Origin: Caecitellus pseudoparvulus
Lineage: Eukaryota > Protista > Bigyra: Bicosoecida
Length of the DNA stretch: 64,000 bases
NCBI GenBank assembly: GCA_965644315.1
Contig: CBFFRQ010000031.1
Span: 124,001 to 188,000 of the forward strand
Direction of reading: 5' to 3'
Shown piece after piece: positions 22,184 to 35,200 of this stretch. Position numbers and translations under genes: made by a program. The notes beneath the pieces are model-generated. The model searched no databases, had not been told where the DNA came from, and saw nothing but the letters and a program-made list of their open reading frames with translations. Every line of letters begins with the position of its first letter. Position 1 is the first letter of the stretch.

Positions 22184-24330
22184 TCAAGCCCGGGGCCGCT
22201 TCATGCCACGGCCGCCACGGCCACCACCACGGCCACCACCACGGCCACCACCACCACGGCCTCGTCCCCGTCCCCGTCCCGCCCTAAATGTAGCCTCACG
22301 CCCCCCTCCCTTGCTGCCTCGTGTGCTCGCTCGCAAAGCCTCCTTCTCCGCCAGGGCCGCCTGCACAGCCGGCAAGCGCTGCGCCAGCGGCACCTCCTTG
22401 GCAGCCGCGGCGGCAGAGGCGGCCTTGACCTTGCTGCGCAGGCGGCCCTTGTTGCCCAGCAGCAACGTCGCAGCAGTGCTGCTGCCACCCCTCGCCACAT
22501 CCCCCTCATCCTGCACTGTGTACATGGCAGGCCCGCGGCGGCCGGACACTGGCCCCCCCGCGCCGTCGTCGGCGTGCGCCAGGATGCCAGCCGCCGCCAG
22601 CGCCTCTTCATCACTCTGCACGTCTTCCTCCTCCTCCTCGTCGTCGCTGTCATGGGCGCGCTGCCAGGCAGGTCGCCCCCGCCGACCCCCTGCCGACCCA
22701 GATGCCTCCAGGTGTGCCGCGTACTCTGCCGACTTGGTGTCCACAGCCATGTCTGGGTTGGAGAACATGCCGGCGAAGCGGTCGTCGGTGGTTGCGGCAG
22801 AGGCGCCCGCCGCAGCCACGTCTGCGTTGACCTTCACGCGGCTGGCGGCGGGCGTAATACGGCTGCCCGCCTTGGCCGCCAGCTTCTCCGCCACCTTGGC
22901 CTTGCGCCACTTGTCGTAGGCGAAGGGGTCCACCGCCGCCGCCACCTTCTTGTACAGGCGCACGTCGATGAAGAAGCCGTGCATGTAGGGGCGCAGGAGG
23001 GAGGAGCCGACGAGGTGCCCCATGCCCAGCTTCAGCAGCTCGTCCCGCGTGATGAACTTGTAGTCGTCGTACACGCGCGCCTCGCCCTGGCCCTGGGCAC
23101 CCTCCTCCATCTCCTCCGTCAGCGCGTCCAGGAAGGCGCACCAGCGAGGCGCCACGCCGAGGGCCGGCACGTAATACGCCTGCAGGCGGGACTGCTCCCC
23201 CGACGCCAGCAGCAGCCCAGAGTCCCGCGTGCTAGCAGCCGCGCCGCCCACGGCGCCGGAGCCCTCAGGTACGATGCAGAGGCGGGAGATGGCAGCCGGC
23301 GTCTCGATGTTGGTGAAGATGGCGCCGGTGTGGCGGTTCCACACCTTGATGATTTTGGCGTCGGCAGAGACGACGTGGGCACCCCCCCCCCCTGCGGCGG
23401 TCTCCCCCCCCCCCACCGCACTGCCCACTGCTGACCGGTGGAAGGCGACGTCGATGATGGGCAGGCCGTACTGGTGCGTCTTGCTGGTCACGGGCGTGCT
23501 GGCCCGCAGGTCGTACACGTGCACCTGCCCATCCCCCGTGCCCACCGCGGCGCCCAGACCCGTGCCGTCGAAGGCCAGCGCTGACACGACGTGGTCCCCC
23601 CCCACAGGCAGGCTGGCGACGGCTTTGCGGACACGGGGGTCCCACATCTCCACGATGCCGGCGTCGTTGCCGGTCATGAGCAGGCCGGACGTCGGGCACA
23701 GCTTCATGCAGTTCACGCCCTCGGCGGAGGACGTGTACGGCGCCATGAACCGGCCTTCCTCCAGGTTCAGGCGGTACACTTCATCCCCTGCGCCGCCCAC
23801 GAGGAGCTCGGCACCCGGCGCGTAGTACGCCATGCACCGGCCGAACTTGGGCACCCGCGTGCGGTAGTGCCGCCCGTACGCGGCGTGGAACTCCAGCGTC
23901 CGGTCCACCTGCAGGAAAACCATCTTGGACCAGTCCTCAGACAGCACGTCAAAGGCCACCACCTCTGCATCCATGTGCCGCTCGAACTTCATGCCCAGGT
24001 CCTGCACATCGTACACCTTCACCTGGGGTGGGTACACGCCTGAGACGGAGGAGGGGGTGCTGTGCCAGGCCAGGTCGCTGGCGGGCCGCTCCAGAGCAGC
24101 CACGCACCACAGGCGCAGATGTACAGTCCATCTGAGGACATCTTGATGTCTTGACTCGCGGTGCTGAAGTCAAAGTCTTGCAAGAGTTGGATGCGGCGAG
24201 CGTAGCCCTCGTCTTCCTTCAGCAGCGCTCGGCGTTTCTGTTCTGGGAGCCAAGCTGGCAACTTCTTCCCTGCGGCCAGGTTGTACACTTTCACGCCGTT
24301 CAAGGCGGTCACTGTCATAGCAGACGCCAT
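22184..24330 (-). CDS. NOL10: Nucleolar protein 10 / Enp2 (WD40 + NUC153); intron 24107..24040
   Basis: NGVKVYNL...LPAWL, RIQLLQDFDF, GVYPPQVKVYD...MKFERH, YRLNLEEGRF, PALGVAPRWCAFLD.LTEEME, YDDYKF, YMHGFFID, DDRFAGMF and an RGG tail. Confidence 0.96.
22205..22280 (-). repeat. Coding 12-nt-period repeat (CGGCCACCACCA) encoding the RGG/GR tail of NOL10
   Basis: Tandem ggccaccaccac units translate on the minus strand to GRGGGRGGGRGG. Confidence 0.8.
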
Positions 24331-24515
24331 GTTGGCCTCGTTTCTTGCAGAGCCTGCGTCACAACTGGCCCGCCTGGGTGCTGGGCGCCAGCCAGGAGCC
24401 GAAAGTGTGCGGGGCTGAAACGCCGCCGAAACTCTGGCACTGGACCTGGAGCCTGCTCATGCACTCTCAGGAACCGCCTGCCACGTATCGGGAATTTGTG
24501 CATTGCGGTACACAG

Positions 24516-26810
24516 CTAATCAATCTTCGGGGGGGGCGCCCGCACCCAGGTTAACAACCCCCCCTCCCCCAGCGCCAACTCGTGGCAGGCCATGATGGTG
24601 GCGCCCACCCACTTGGTGCGCAGCACCGACTGCATGTCGTCAATGTCCTTCTTGCGCCGCTTGCGAGCCTTCTCCGCCGCCTCACTTGCATCTGCAGCTG
24701 CAACGGCGGCCGCCACTGCTGCCTCCTCTGTGCTGGCTCCCGGTGGCGGCGGCGGGGTGGCCTCCTGGCCTGCGCTGGGCGCTGCCGACACTGCGGGCTG
24801 TGGGCTGGCCACGTCCGACACAGGGTCACTGGCCTGCAGGGCGCTCTCGATGGACGCCAGGGCGGCGACGGCCTCGCCCTCCCCCGCGGCGCCTGCCCCC
24901 ACATCCAGCTGCCGCACCGTCAGGCGCACACAGCGTGGGAGGCGGGAGCCGCCTTCCAGGCCGTTGTAGTGGTACAGCGTCAGCTCCCGCGTCAACTGGG
25001 CACTGTCAAAGTCACCAGGCGGCGGCGTCGCCTGCACTGCCACCACACTGTCCTGCCCTGGCTGCAGGGGCCCCGCCACGGCGCCAGTGCCCCCTGTTGC
25101 GCTGCCGCCGAATTCACTCTCCTGCAGCTGCCGCGCCACCTCGCTGTCCGTGCGGGCCAAGGGGACAGCAGGTGGGATGGCGGGAGCGGGCGCAGGTGCG
25201 GGTATGTGCGGCTCCACGACAGAGAAGAACACATCGAAGAACACGATGCCCATGGAGTCCCCCAGCTGGTCCATGGTGGCCCACAGCGTGGCGGGGTCCC
25301 CCGTGCCGCCTGCCGTCAGGCCCAGATCCCGCATGGCTGCTCGGGCGCCATCCCCATCCAAAAACTGCCCCCCCGCCGTGTCCCTGCCGTTGAAGGCTGC
25401 GAGGGCCCGTTCGCGAGGGGTGCCACTGGCTGGGATGGCGGGGGCCGGGGCAGGCGCAGGTGCAGGTACAGTGAGGGCCTCGGCCCGCCCAGTGCACACC
25501 GGCTCCACGGCTTTCCAGAAGTCGCTCCACAGGATGAAGCCACCTTTGTCCAGGTGCGTGGACAGTGCGGTGAGCTTGGCTGGGTCATTGGCCACGGCGC
25601 GGAAGGGCGAGTCCTTCAAGTTGAACTGCCACTGGACGTTCAAGTTCTTGTCCAGCAGCACCTCCCGCAGCTTGTCCGGGGGGATCATGCCGCCGCCGGT
25701 GCCGTCTGCAGCGCCAAAGGCCCGCCGTGCCATGGAGGACGGGGACGCCTGAATGCTGTCCGGGTCGCTGGCGAAGAGGACACTGTAGTGGGAGGAGCTG
25801 GCCAGCACGAAGAGGGGGAAGGCGGGCTCCTTGAAGTACGTGCCGACGTTGGTGTAGCGCAGCGCCTCCAGCTGTGTGAGGTAGCCGATGTCGGGGCGGT
25901 GCAGGACGCCCCGCACGCTCATGCCAGGCAGGTCCGCCATGGCAGGGTCGGCATCCGGCATGCCCTCCAGGAGGCTCTTGGAGCCGTCAAACACGCCGCT
26001 CGTGGCCCTGCCCGTGATGGCCAGGTTCAGCAGTTCCTGGGAGCCCTGCCCGAAGCGCTGCACGAGGTGAGTGTCTGGCTCGTCCATGTCGGCCTTGACG
26101 CCAGGCAGGCCCCTGGACAGCAGCAGGGACAGCACCACCAACACGATGCCGGAGGGCGTCTCGTACACGGGCAGCAGGGCCGCCACGGCGCTCTGCACGT
26201 CCCCCTCCGACGCGTGTGTCGTGGCAGTGAAGGCGTCGGCAGGCGTGCTGCGGTCACACGGCACGTGCTCGCCGTCCACGGCCACCACGACAGCAGCGCC
26301 TTCGTGGCTCTGACCAGCCTGCCACAGCATGGTGGAGATGGCGTGCACCAGCGCCTGCTCTCGGCGCTCCAGGGGCGCCGTGAAGGCGGCGGGCACAGCT
26401 GGATCCGGGCTGGGGGAGCTGGCACGTGGGCCATCGGGGGGGGGATCGCCCTCCACCCTGGGGCGCTTGGCAGCTGCCTGGGGGGGCTGCCCTTCAAACA
26501 TGAGGTCTTTCAGCATGAATGCCACCAGCGCAGCAAGAATGCCGCACGGCCCTCCATTGCTCTGCACGCATGGCGACATGGCGTGGTGTGTACGCAGGTG
26601 GGGTGGGGAAACGCCCTTCCACGACAGCCCCTAGGCCGCACTCACCTGCCGCAAGCCGAATGAGTTGGGGGCATCACCCAGCACGATGGCCTGGCTGAAC
26701 CAACGTGAAACGTCATCCTCTGTCAAAGTGGGGCCGAACAGCAACTCCCAGGCCTCCTGCACTGGCACTGGTTCTGGAGAGGTGGCAGCGGCACTCGCTT
26801 GCGCTGCCAT
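24516..26810 (-). CDS. MINDY-3-like deubiquitinase with duplicated EF-hand-like inserts; intron 26645..26562
   Basis: FGLRQ|SNGGPCGILAA (catalytic Gln/Cys), QELLNLAITGRA..VFD, IGYLTQLE, SSSHYSVLF (catalytic His), YHYNGL and LRTKW. Confidence 0.9.
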
Positions 26811-26882
26811 GGCGTCTGCTTGGGCACTCTGCACAGCCTACGGGCACCAGTGTAGGGCATGCATTGGGCGCAGTGCGCTGGA

Positions 26883-29800
26883 CTACTCCTGTGCACCCCA
26901 CAGCGCTGCCATCATGGAGGCGCCTTGTGCTTTGTTGTGGCTGCCCAGCCCAACTGCTGTGGTGGCCAGGGCAGGCCGGCCGACGTACTTCACTGGCACA
27001 CTCGCGCCGGCAGCGACACCCCCCTCAGCCGCCTTGCCCACTGGCACGACACCCAGTGCCTGCAGGGGCGCCAGGAGGTGCGGGCGCACCCAGCTCCACG
27101 CCCCGGCATTGGCAGGCTCCTCCTGGGCCCACACCAGCTCCACGCTGCGGGGCTTGGGCTTCGCAGCCTTGCCCACGCCGCCCTTGGTCTTGCCGCCCAC
27201 GACGTTCAAGTCGCACTGCACCTCCTCGCCAGGCGTCAGGAAGGCGCCCAGCGCCTGCGCCACGCCCTCGGCTGGGAAGGGGCACAGCTCCTCCACTCGC
27301 ACGATGGCAGTGGTGATGGCGTCCCCCTCAGCCGCTGTGCGCGCCGCGAGGAGGTCGTAGTACACCTTGCCGCTGCACAGGACGACCCGGGTGATGCCCT
27401 CAGGCGCCGCGGCAGCCGCAGTGTCCTGCAGCACAGGCTGGAATGCCGTGCCAGGGGCCATGTCCTCCAGGGTGGACGTCGCCGCCGGCAGGCGCAGGAG
27501 GGTCTTGGGGCCCACCACCACCATGGGCTTGCGGAAGGGACGCACCATCTGGCGCCGCAGGGCGTGGAAGTAATTCGCGGGGGTGGTGGGGTTGATGACA
27601 CTCCAGTTGGCCGTCTCCGTCACGGCCTTGTCCTGCCCCACCTCTGGCCACGCATACGCAACGGCCTGCCCGTTGGCATTCTGCAGGTACCGCTCCATGC
27701 GGCAGGAGGAGTGCTCAGGCCCAGCGCCGTCGAAGCCGTGCGGCAGCAGCAGGGTCAAGCCGCTCTGGCGCAGCCACTTGCTCTCTGACCCTGCCAGGAA
27801 GTTGTCGATGATGATCTGGGCGCCGTTGCCGAAGTCGCCGAACTGCGCCTCCCACATGGGCAGCACGGCGGCACTCTCCAGCCCATACCCGTACTCGAAC
27901 CCCATCACTGCGAACTCCGACAGGTGGGAGGACCACACGTCCAGCTTGCCATGGGCAGGGCCAGGGGACCAGCTGCCCGCTGCGACTGCGGCGTCCCCTT
28001 CCACGTTGGGCATGGCGTTCAGGGGCGCGAAGCGCTCGCAAGAGGTCTGGTCCACCAGCACGGCGTGGCGGTGGGCAAAGGTGCCTCGCTGGCAGTCCTG
28101 CCCAGACAGCCGCACGTCGGCGCCCTGCAGCAGCAGGGACCCAAACGCCATCGTCTCAGCAGTGGCCCAGTCCACCTTGCCAGCCTGCTTGCCCTCCGCC
28201 AGGCCCGCGCGCTGCAGGCGGTCCTTGGCCCACATGCGCTGCAGGCGGTCGTGCATGGTGAAGCCCTCCGGCGTGGACACGGACGCCTGGGCGACGTGCT
28301 GCAGGGTGGCGGTGGGCACGCCCGTGTCAGGGCACCAGGCGTTGACGAGGCGGGGCAGGCGCCCCTCCACGCCCTCCTCCCACACCAGCCCCGACCCCGC
28401 AAACTCGTCCACACGCGCCTGGCGACAGGCAGCCCACTTGCCCCGGAAAGCACTGTAGTCCCCCACACCTGGCGCGGCGGAGGCGCCTGCCGCCACGAGG
28501 GCCGTGGCGGTGACGTCCCCTGCCTCCAGGGGCCCCGTCGGCGCCGCCTCGCCGGCTGGAGCCAGAGGCCCCTCCCCTGCAGCACTCAGGGTGCCAGTCT
28601 CGGGGGTGAAGTCGGAGATGGCGTCGTACTCGCTCTGCAGGTATGCCTCCAGGCGCGCGCGCAGCTTCTCGTGGGCAGACAGGGTGAGCTCGCCGCTCTG
28701 CAGGAGCTGGCTGGTGTATGCGGCGGGAAAGCCCTCCCGCTGCCCGATGACGGCGTACAGGTCAGGGGAAGTCATGCTGGGGTCGTCCAGCTCGTTGTGG
28801 CCGTGCCTGCGGAAGCCCATGAGGTTGATGACGGCGTCCTTTCCGAAGCGGTCCCGGAAGGCGCAGGCGATGCGGGTGGCGCGCACGACGCCCTCCATGT
28901 CCTCCGCGTTCACGTGCAGCACCGGCGCGCCAGCCAGCTTCAGCACATCTGACGCGTGCGTCGTGGAGCGCCCGTACTCGCTGTGGGCCGTGAAGCCCAG
29001 CTGGTTGTTGGTGACGATGTGCAGCGTGCCGCCGACGGAGTACCCCGGCAGGCCCGCCATGCCGGCCGTCTCTGCCACGACACCCTGCCCAGACACGGCC
29101 GCGTCGCCGTGGATGAGGACGCAGGCGGCGCCAGGGGAGTGGCTCTCCCGCTTGGCGCGGGTCTTGCCCACGGCGACAGGGTTCACTGCCTCCAGGTGGG
29201 AGGGGTTGTGCAGCAGGGTCACGTGTAGGGACTTGCCGCCGTAGGTGCGGTTGGTGGCCACAGCGACGTGGGAAGACACGTCGTCCAGCCCCTCCCACCC
29301 CGTGGGGATGTCGGGCAGCCCCTTCAGCTTGCGGAACAGCTTGCGGGCGGGGTACTGCAGCAGGCTCACCAGCAGTGCCAGGCGGCCGCGGTGTGCCTGC
29401 CCAATGACCACGTCGCCCCAGCCCGCCTCGGCGCCGTGCGCGAACATGGTGTCCAGGGCGGGCAGCAGGGACTCCGTGCCCTCCCCAGAGTACCGCTTCA
29501 ACGTCTCGTACTTGCGGGCCAGGAAGTTCTCGAAGGCGTCCGCTTGCTGCAGCAGGCTGTGTGCGTTGCGCTTCTGCGCCAGGGACATCCTCTGCCCTGC
29601 AAAGGCAGCCGCCGTGGGGTCAGCCCCCGACGCAGCCACGCCCGTGTGGGACGCCTCCAGAGCATCTGCCATCCACTGGCGCTCCTCTGGCGTCTCGCAG
29701 TGCAGGAACTCGGCGCTGACGGTGCCGCTGTACATGCTCTGCAGCGTGCTGCGCAGGTCAGCCACGGACTTGCCCACGGCCCAGGCAGGCAAACCCGCTG

Positions 29801-30208
29801 CATCAGCGACGGCCTGAGTGATAACTTCTGCGTCAGGCAGCGCGTGCACGGCGGCGGAGACGCCGGCAAGGGCGGGCTGCCTGTGCGCGGGCGCAGCGTG
29901 CATCAACTGGTGCGGGCGGAGGCGTGCCTGCGCCAGTGGGCCGCGGCAACACGCACTTGTGGTGCTTATTCAAGCCCAGGGGATCAATGGCTGCTGTCAG
30001 GTGCCCATCCTGGCGGTAATGGTGCAGGAGGTCCCTCAGTGCCACGGCAGAAGCTGGCGTGGACAGGCTCTGCGTCGGGCAGCGTCGCGGGTTGTGAGTT
30101 GCGGAAGCTGCTGCAGCCGCTGCAGCCGGCGGCACGCACACTGCTGGCTCGGCGCCCAAGCGCCTGCCGCAGGGCAGTGCCCGGCAGCCCATGTGATCGA
30201 CTCAACAT
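26883..30208 (-). CDS. DHTKD1: 2-oxoadipate dehydrogenase E1 (DHTKD1-type 2-oxoacid dehydrogenase), mitochondrial; two 5' introns
   Basis: YRQDGHLTAAIDPL, KRYSGEGTES, HRGRL, NPSHLEAVNPV, HGDAA..GQG, NNQLGFT, GHNELDDP, DWATAE, LSGQDCQRGTF.HRHA, WEAQFGDF and PHGFDGAGPEHSSCR. These motif variants fit DHTKD1 better than OGDH. Confidence 0.88.
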
Positions 30209-30305
30209 GACTCCTTTAGCGGGTCAGCTGCATTCCGTCTGACAGGCACGCCCCTGGCTTGCCGGCTGTGTCTGGTGCAGTGGGACAAAAAGTGCTCCCG
30301 GCGCC

Positions 30306-32093
30306 TCACTGCGCTGGGCGGCTTCCCTGCCCTGCACACGCGCGCAGGCCCTCCACGCACCGCTGCACACTTCGCAGCCCCCCGTCCCCAGCCACGGCAG
30401 CATGCAGTGCATGTCTCCAAGCCTGCTCGGCCTCTGCCTGCCGCCCCAGCGCCTGCCACGCCTGCGCCACCGCCTGCAACGTGCCAGCCTCGCTGCGTTG
30501 CGGCGCGTCGCTGGGCTGCGCCAGTTGCAGCCAGTGCACCGCCGCCACGGCGCTGCCGTCGCCCGCCGCGGCAAGCACAGCAGCCATGACTGCTGCTGCA
30601 GCTGCTGCTGCCGTGGAGTGGCTCTGCCTCCACCGCAGCTCGGCAGCTTGCAGCACAGTTGTGAGGGCGGCATAGCCGCCGTCCATCGCAGCTGCAGCTG
30701 CCCTCAACAGCACCGCATCCTGGGCACGAGCCTGGGCAGCGCGCACGTGCACATCCCGAGCAAGGGTGGGGAAGGACGGCAGCGCTTGTTTCGTCGCCCA
30801 CGCCACTTGCTGTGGCAGGGAGCTGGCGCCGCTGGGAAACCTGCCCGCGTGCAGGCAGTGGGCGTGGTGTGGGTGCGCAGGGCCCTGCGTTGCACGCTGC
30901 TGAGGCGGTGGGACGCCTTGCTCCACGCAGCCATACGCCTGCAGGGCTTGCACCGCAGGCGTGGCCCCAGGCAGGGCGAGCGATTTTGGCAGAAGGTGGA
31001 CGGGCCACGCTGTGAGCAGGCGAGTCTGCCGGGCAGCCAGAGGCAGGGCGGGCGGGCCGAAGGGGCCACACGCCGGTGGCGGCAGCAGCGCCAACCCCAC
31101 AGCGCGCATGGTAACACGCTGTGAGGAGACGCCTTGCCGCTGGGCATGCAGGACGCGGGCGGCTGCCGCGGTGATGTCTGGCTGCCCCGCCTCGCCGGTC
31201 ACACCCTCCCGAGCTGCTGGAAGGAGGTAGGCTGACCCCAGGAGCGGGGCACTGGGCGCGTCGAAGGGGGCGGAGGCGCTGCCGGACAGGACAGCATACA
31301 TGCCCATGGCCTGCCGCAGGGCTCCCGTGTGTGCCAGGCGCCCCGGGCTGCGTGCCACCGCCACTGCCTCGCTGCACAGGCGCGCGGCGGCTGCAGTGCA
31401 GCCCATGTGCGCCAGTGCCCGCGCTAGGGCGACGAGGGAGGTGGCGGGGACCAGTGGCACCCGGGGCGCCTGGTCGCTGCCAGGTGGTGTGCCTGCGCTG
31501 AGCTTGTGCAGCAGCGTCATGACGCCGTGCACGTCACCGTCAGCGGCGGCCTGGGCCAGGGATGGCGGTTGGCCTGCCGTTGCGCCGTGCGGTGAGCGCC
31601 CAGCGCCATGCACGGGTGGCTGCACACTGTGTGGGGCAGAGTCCAGCGGCGAAGAGCCTTCTGGTGTGCCCTCTCCCTGCAGCCATGCCAGCATGACCTC
31701 TGCGAGGGCTGCGAGGCTGGCTTGGCCGCCGACTTCAATTTCCGCAAGCACGCTCGTGAGCAGGCCGCCAATGACGCTGGAGGGGGAGACAGCGATGGAG
31801 TCAGCCTCCATGACTTCGCCATCCTGCACCAGCGCGCTGCGGGCTTGCTGAGCGAGATCCAGCAGACCGTGGGGGCTGGCCAGGTCTTCCAGCGCGCTGC
31901 GCAGGGTGGCTGGCAGGTCAGGCTGGCCCAGCACCTCGCCACACCACGCCTCCCACTGCGCCGGGGAGCTCAGCGAAGCCCCAGGGCCGAGGAGGAACGC
32001 CTTGCCGACACAGAATGACAGGTGTGTGCGCAGTGCTCCATCCCCTGCCGCATGCAGCCACGTAGCTGCCAGCACGAGTTGAGGTGCGCCCAT
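30306..32093 (-). CDS. Highly divergent anaphase-promoting complex subunit 5-like protein
   Basis: SSVIGGLLTSVLAEIE..LAALAEVMLAW resembles the APC5 N-domain (SVVGLFLR...). SLVALARALAHMG...LCSEAVAVAR resembles the APC5 TPR (ALNLAALH.FG...EAIRIA). The C-terminus is TPR-like. Confidence 0.55.
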   Translation of the reverse strand: MGAPQLVLAATWLHAAGDGALRTHLSFCVGKAFLLGPGASLSSPAQWEAWCGEVLGQPDLPATLRSALEDLASPHGLLDLAQQARSALVQDGEVMEADSIAVSPSSVIGGLLTSVLAEIEVGGQASLAALAEVMLAWLQGEGTPEGSSPLDSAPHSVQPPVHGAGRSPHGATAGQPPSLAQAAADGDVHGVMTLLHKLSAGTPPGSDQAPRVPLVPATSLVALARALAHMGCTAAAARLCSEAVAVARSPGRLAHTGALRQAMGMYAVLSGSASAPFDAPSAPLLGSAYLLPAAREGVTGEAGQPDITAAAARVLHAQRQGVSSQRVTMRAVGLALLPPPACGPFGPPALPLAARQTRLLTAWPVHLLPKSLALPGATPAVQALQAYGCVEQGVPPPQQRATQGPAHPHHAHCLHAGRFPSGASSLPQQVAWATKQALPSFPTLARDVHVRAAQARAQDAVLLRAAAAAMDGGYAALTTVLQAAELRWRQSHSTAAAAAAAVMAAVLAAAGDGSAVAAVHWLQLAQPSDAPQRSEAGTLQAVAQAWQALGRQAEAEQAWRHALHAAVAGDGGLRSVQRCVEGLRACAGQGSRPAQ

Positions 32094-32244
32094 GCTGTCA
32101 ACTGGCGGGCCGTTCGTGCGACTCGAGGGCAGGGCGCTGGCGGTGAAGGCCCGAGGTACTCCCAGCAGAGAGGGGGACACACTATGTGCATTGCGTTTTA
32201 CCGCGTGCCAGCTGTTGCCGGCTCACGGACGGGGGGGCGGCACG

Positions 32245-35200
32245 TCAATCCTCCAACTCGATGGTGCGCAGGCGCAGGGTGTCCCGGGGGGGCGGCACGT
32301 TGTTGTACCGTGCCATGTACGCCAGGAGGGCCCGCGTGGGCGCGTCACCGTGCACGGCCGTGGCGGCGCCATCCGCCACTGGGCGCCAGGGCGAAAATGC
32401 CAAGGCATCTTCCGCCGCCAGGGCCCGGCTGCGGGGCATGTGGGCCAGCCCCCGTGACACCTTCAGTGCGAACTGCAGGGCGAGGCGGGCCCGGGCCCAG
32501 TCCCGGGCGCCCTGCCGCCCAGGGCGCTCCGCGTCCCCTTCCTGGTCCTGCTGCCTCCACTTCGCCAGCAGGCGGGCGAGGTGCCGCACGAGCTCATGCA
32601 GAGCTGCCACGGCAGGCGGCATGCCGGCGCCGCCGTGCTGCTCCTCTCCCGCCTCCTGCGCCACAGCCTGCCACACCCGCACCACCGCGCCGAGTTTGTG
32701 CGCCAGGGCAGCCTGGGCGTCCTCCTCCCCCAGCATGTACGCCAGGCCCAGCGCGTACAGGAGGCGGAAGAAGAGGGTGGGCCCAGGGCGGGCGAGGTTG
32801 GGGGCAGGTGTGCGGGCGGTGGCGCCACTGCCCGCCACGCCCCCCAGCATGGCGTGCCCAAAGGCAGCGTGCACGCCGGCGTTGGACCTGGCCACCCCCT
32901 CACGCAGGTACACCAGCACGGGGTCCTGCAGCCACACGGCTGGCGTGTACCCCGCCTGTCCATACACGTTGCTGCACAGGGCACGCAGGGGCTGTGTGGC
33001 TGACGCAGCCAGGGCGTCCGCTGCGGCCTGGGGGTCCCTGGCGCGCCCCGCCGCCACCACGGCATGCAGTGCCGACAGGGCGTTGGGAGCGGGCGACGGG
33101 GGTGGGCCTGGCGCCTGCCCCTCCTCCCCGCTGGATGTGGAGTGCAGGCGCCCCCTGCCCTGCAGGGAGCCGGCGCGGGAGGAGGGGCGCTGCTCCTGCA
33201 GGCGGGTGCTGGTGCGGGTGACGATGGGGTCTTGTGGCGCCCCCCACTGGGCCTGGTGGGGCAGCACCGGCCGCGCCTCGTGCAACCACTGGCCCAGCCC
33301 CGCGACGCTGGTGTCGTACGTGTACACGTCCACTGCCTGTCCCCCCCTCAGGGCGTGCGCAGGGGGGGTGGACGACTCCGCGTCATCTGCCGCGTGCCCC
33401 GTGCCAGCCCGTGGCTGCCCCAGCAGGTCAGCACGGGCACCCTCCTTGCTCTGCATGGCTTGGAAGGCGGGGGTGGACCGGAGGGGGGAGGGGGGGGCAG
33501 TGCCTGCCCCACCAGGCAACAGCACCACCCGCTCCACGCGCCGGGCCAGCGCGCGGGGCACTGGCGTCAGGGCTGCCACGAACTGCCCGCTCATGACGAG
33601 GGGCAGCCCCAGCACGTCCCCCACGCTGGGCAGGGCGGTGGCGATGTCTGGGCCGCCGCCCAGCAGCACGCTGTCCACCTTGCGTGGGCTGCCCAGCACC
33701 CCCTCCAGCGCATCGCCCAGGTGCAGGCCAAAGGTGACCCGCGGCATGAACTGCGCAGGGGAGGGGGCAGACCCACCGCCTGCCTGCGTCCGGGGGCCGG
33801 CGCCATCGACGTGGGAGGGGGGTGTAGCCTGCTCCCTCTCTTCACCCCCCTCGTCCTCCGACACGGCCTGGCGGTCCAGCTGGCGCACGAGGGAGGAGCG
33901 GTGCCGGCGATGGCGCTGCCCCCCGTCGCCGTCAGGGTCACCGTCTGAGGCAGAGGGGTGGGAGGGCAGGCGTGGTCGGCGGGGGCGCCGTGGCGTGCGC
34001 TTGGGCGGCGCCGCGTCACCTCCAGGCCCGCCTGCGTCAACCCCCCCCTCCTCCCCCTCCTCAGTGCTGCTGCTCCTGAGAGGCGGGTGTGGGGAGCGCG
34101 AGTGCCCCAGCGCAGCCAGCACGGCGGGGGGCAGGCCCACGAGGGGGGGCAAGTTGGCAGGTCGCACGGCGGGGGGCGGCGACCCAGACCGCCCTGGCGC
34201 GCCCCCCCCCTCGTGTGCCTCCTGCGCCGACGCGGCAGGGGCGGCGCCACGCCAAGGCAGGGCGCGCGGCACACATGCTGCTGCCCACGCCTTGCCTGCC
34301 GCCGCTGCCGCCTCCACCTGCACCAGCACCTGCACCTCAGCCAGCGCCCTCAGCGCCGCCAGCAGGGCCAAGTCAGCACAGCGCCGGCGGTGGGACAGCA
34401 AGGAGGGCTGGTGCATGATGGGCTGCGCTCGGGGGCGGGCGGCGGTGCCCCGGCTGGCGCGGCTGATGGCCGGCGTGACGAGGTTCAGCACCCCGGCAGC
34501 TGCAGCGGACAGGGCTGGGTCCAGGCTCGTGACGGGCAGCTGCGTCGTGCGCCGTGCTGCGGGGGGCAGCGCGAAGGCGTCGAAGAGCGCTGCTGGCGCC
34601 GAGAGCAGGTGGCGCTCGGCACACGTGCGTGCAGCGTGGCCGGGGTGGCCCCCCCCATCCTCCTCCTCCCCCTCCTCGGGCTCTGAAGAGAAGCTGCCGT
34701 CGGAGTCCTCGTCTGAGACGACGGTGACTTCGCCGCCCAGTGAAGCCAGCACCTCCTCCACGCCCTGTGAAGAGGGCGTGGGGCGGTAGATGGAGGGCGG
34801 CGGCGGCGGCGGTGCGCCCAGCGCCTCCACTGGCACCCCTTCGCCCTGCAGCTTCCACGCAAAGAGGAAGCCTTGCTCGCCAGTGCGCAGGACGGCACCG
34901 CCGTGCTCCTCCACAACGCTGTGCAGGATGCTGGCCAGGCGGTTCACGAAGATGGTGCTGCTGGCGCGCATGAGGGCGAGGGCGGAAGCCGCCCGTCCGC
35001 CACCGCCCTCCTCCTCCCTCACGCACTGGCCGTAGGTGAGGGGCGTCACGCCATCGGCACGCATGGCCGCCGGCACGGCGATGTGCCCGACAGGGGACGC
35101 CAAGCAGTCAATGCGGACGTGCAGGAAGATGGCCTGCACCTGGGCCGCAGGGCTGGACATGTCCAGCTCCCCCTCCCGGTTCACGCAGTGGGTGGCGATG

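Noticed and set aside
22205-22280. His-rich plus-strand reading (HGHHHGHHHGHHHH) suggesting a metal-binding peptide
   Set aside because: It is the antisense of the NOL10 RGG-tail repeat, with no ATG-initiated gene context.
32186-34789. Long antisense or alternate-frame ORFs (867 aa here; also 24582-26663, 45828-47477 and 49762-51105)
   Set aside because: These are shadow ORFs opposite real genes. Stop codons are rare at this GC content and the products show no motifs.
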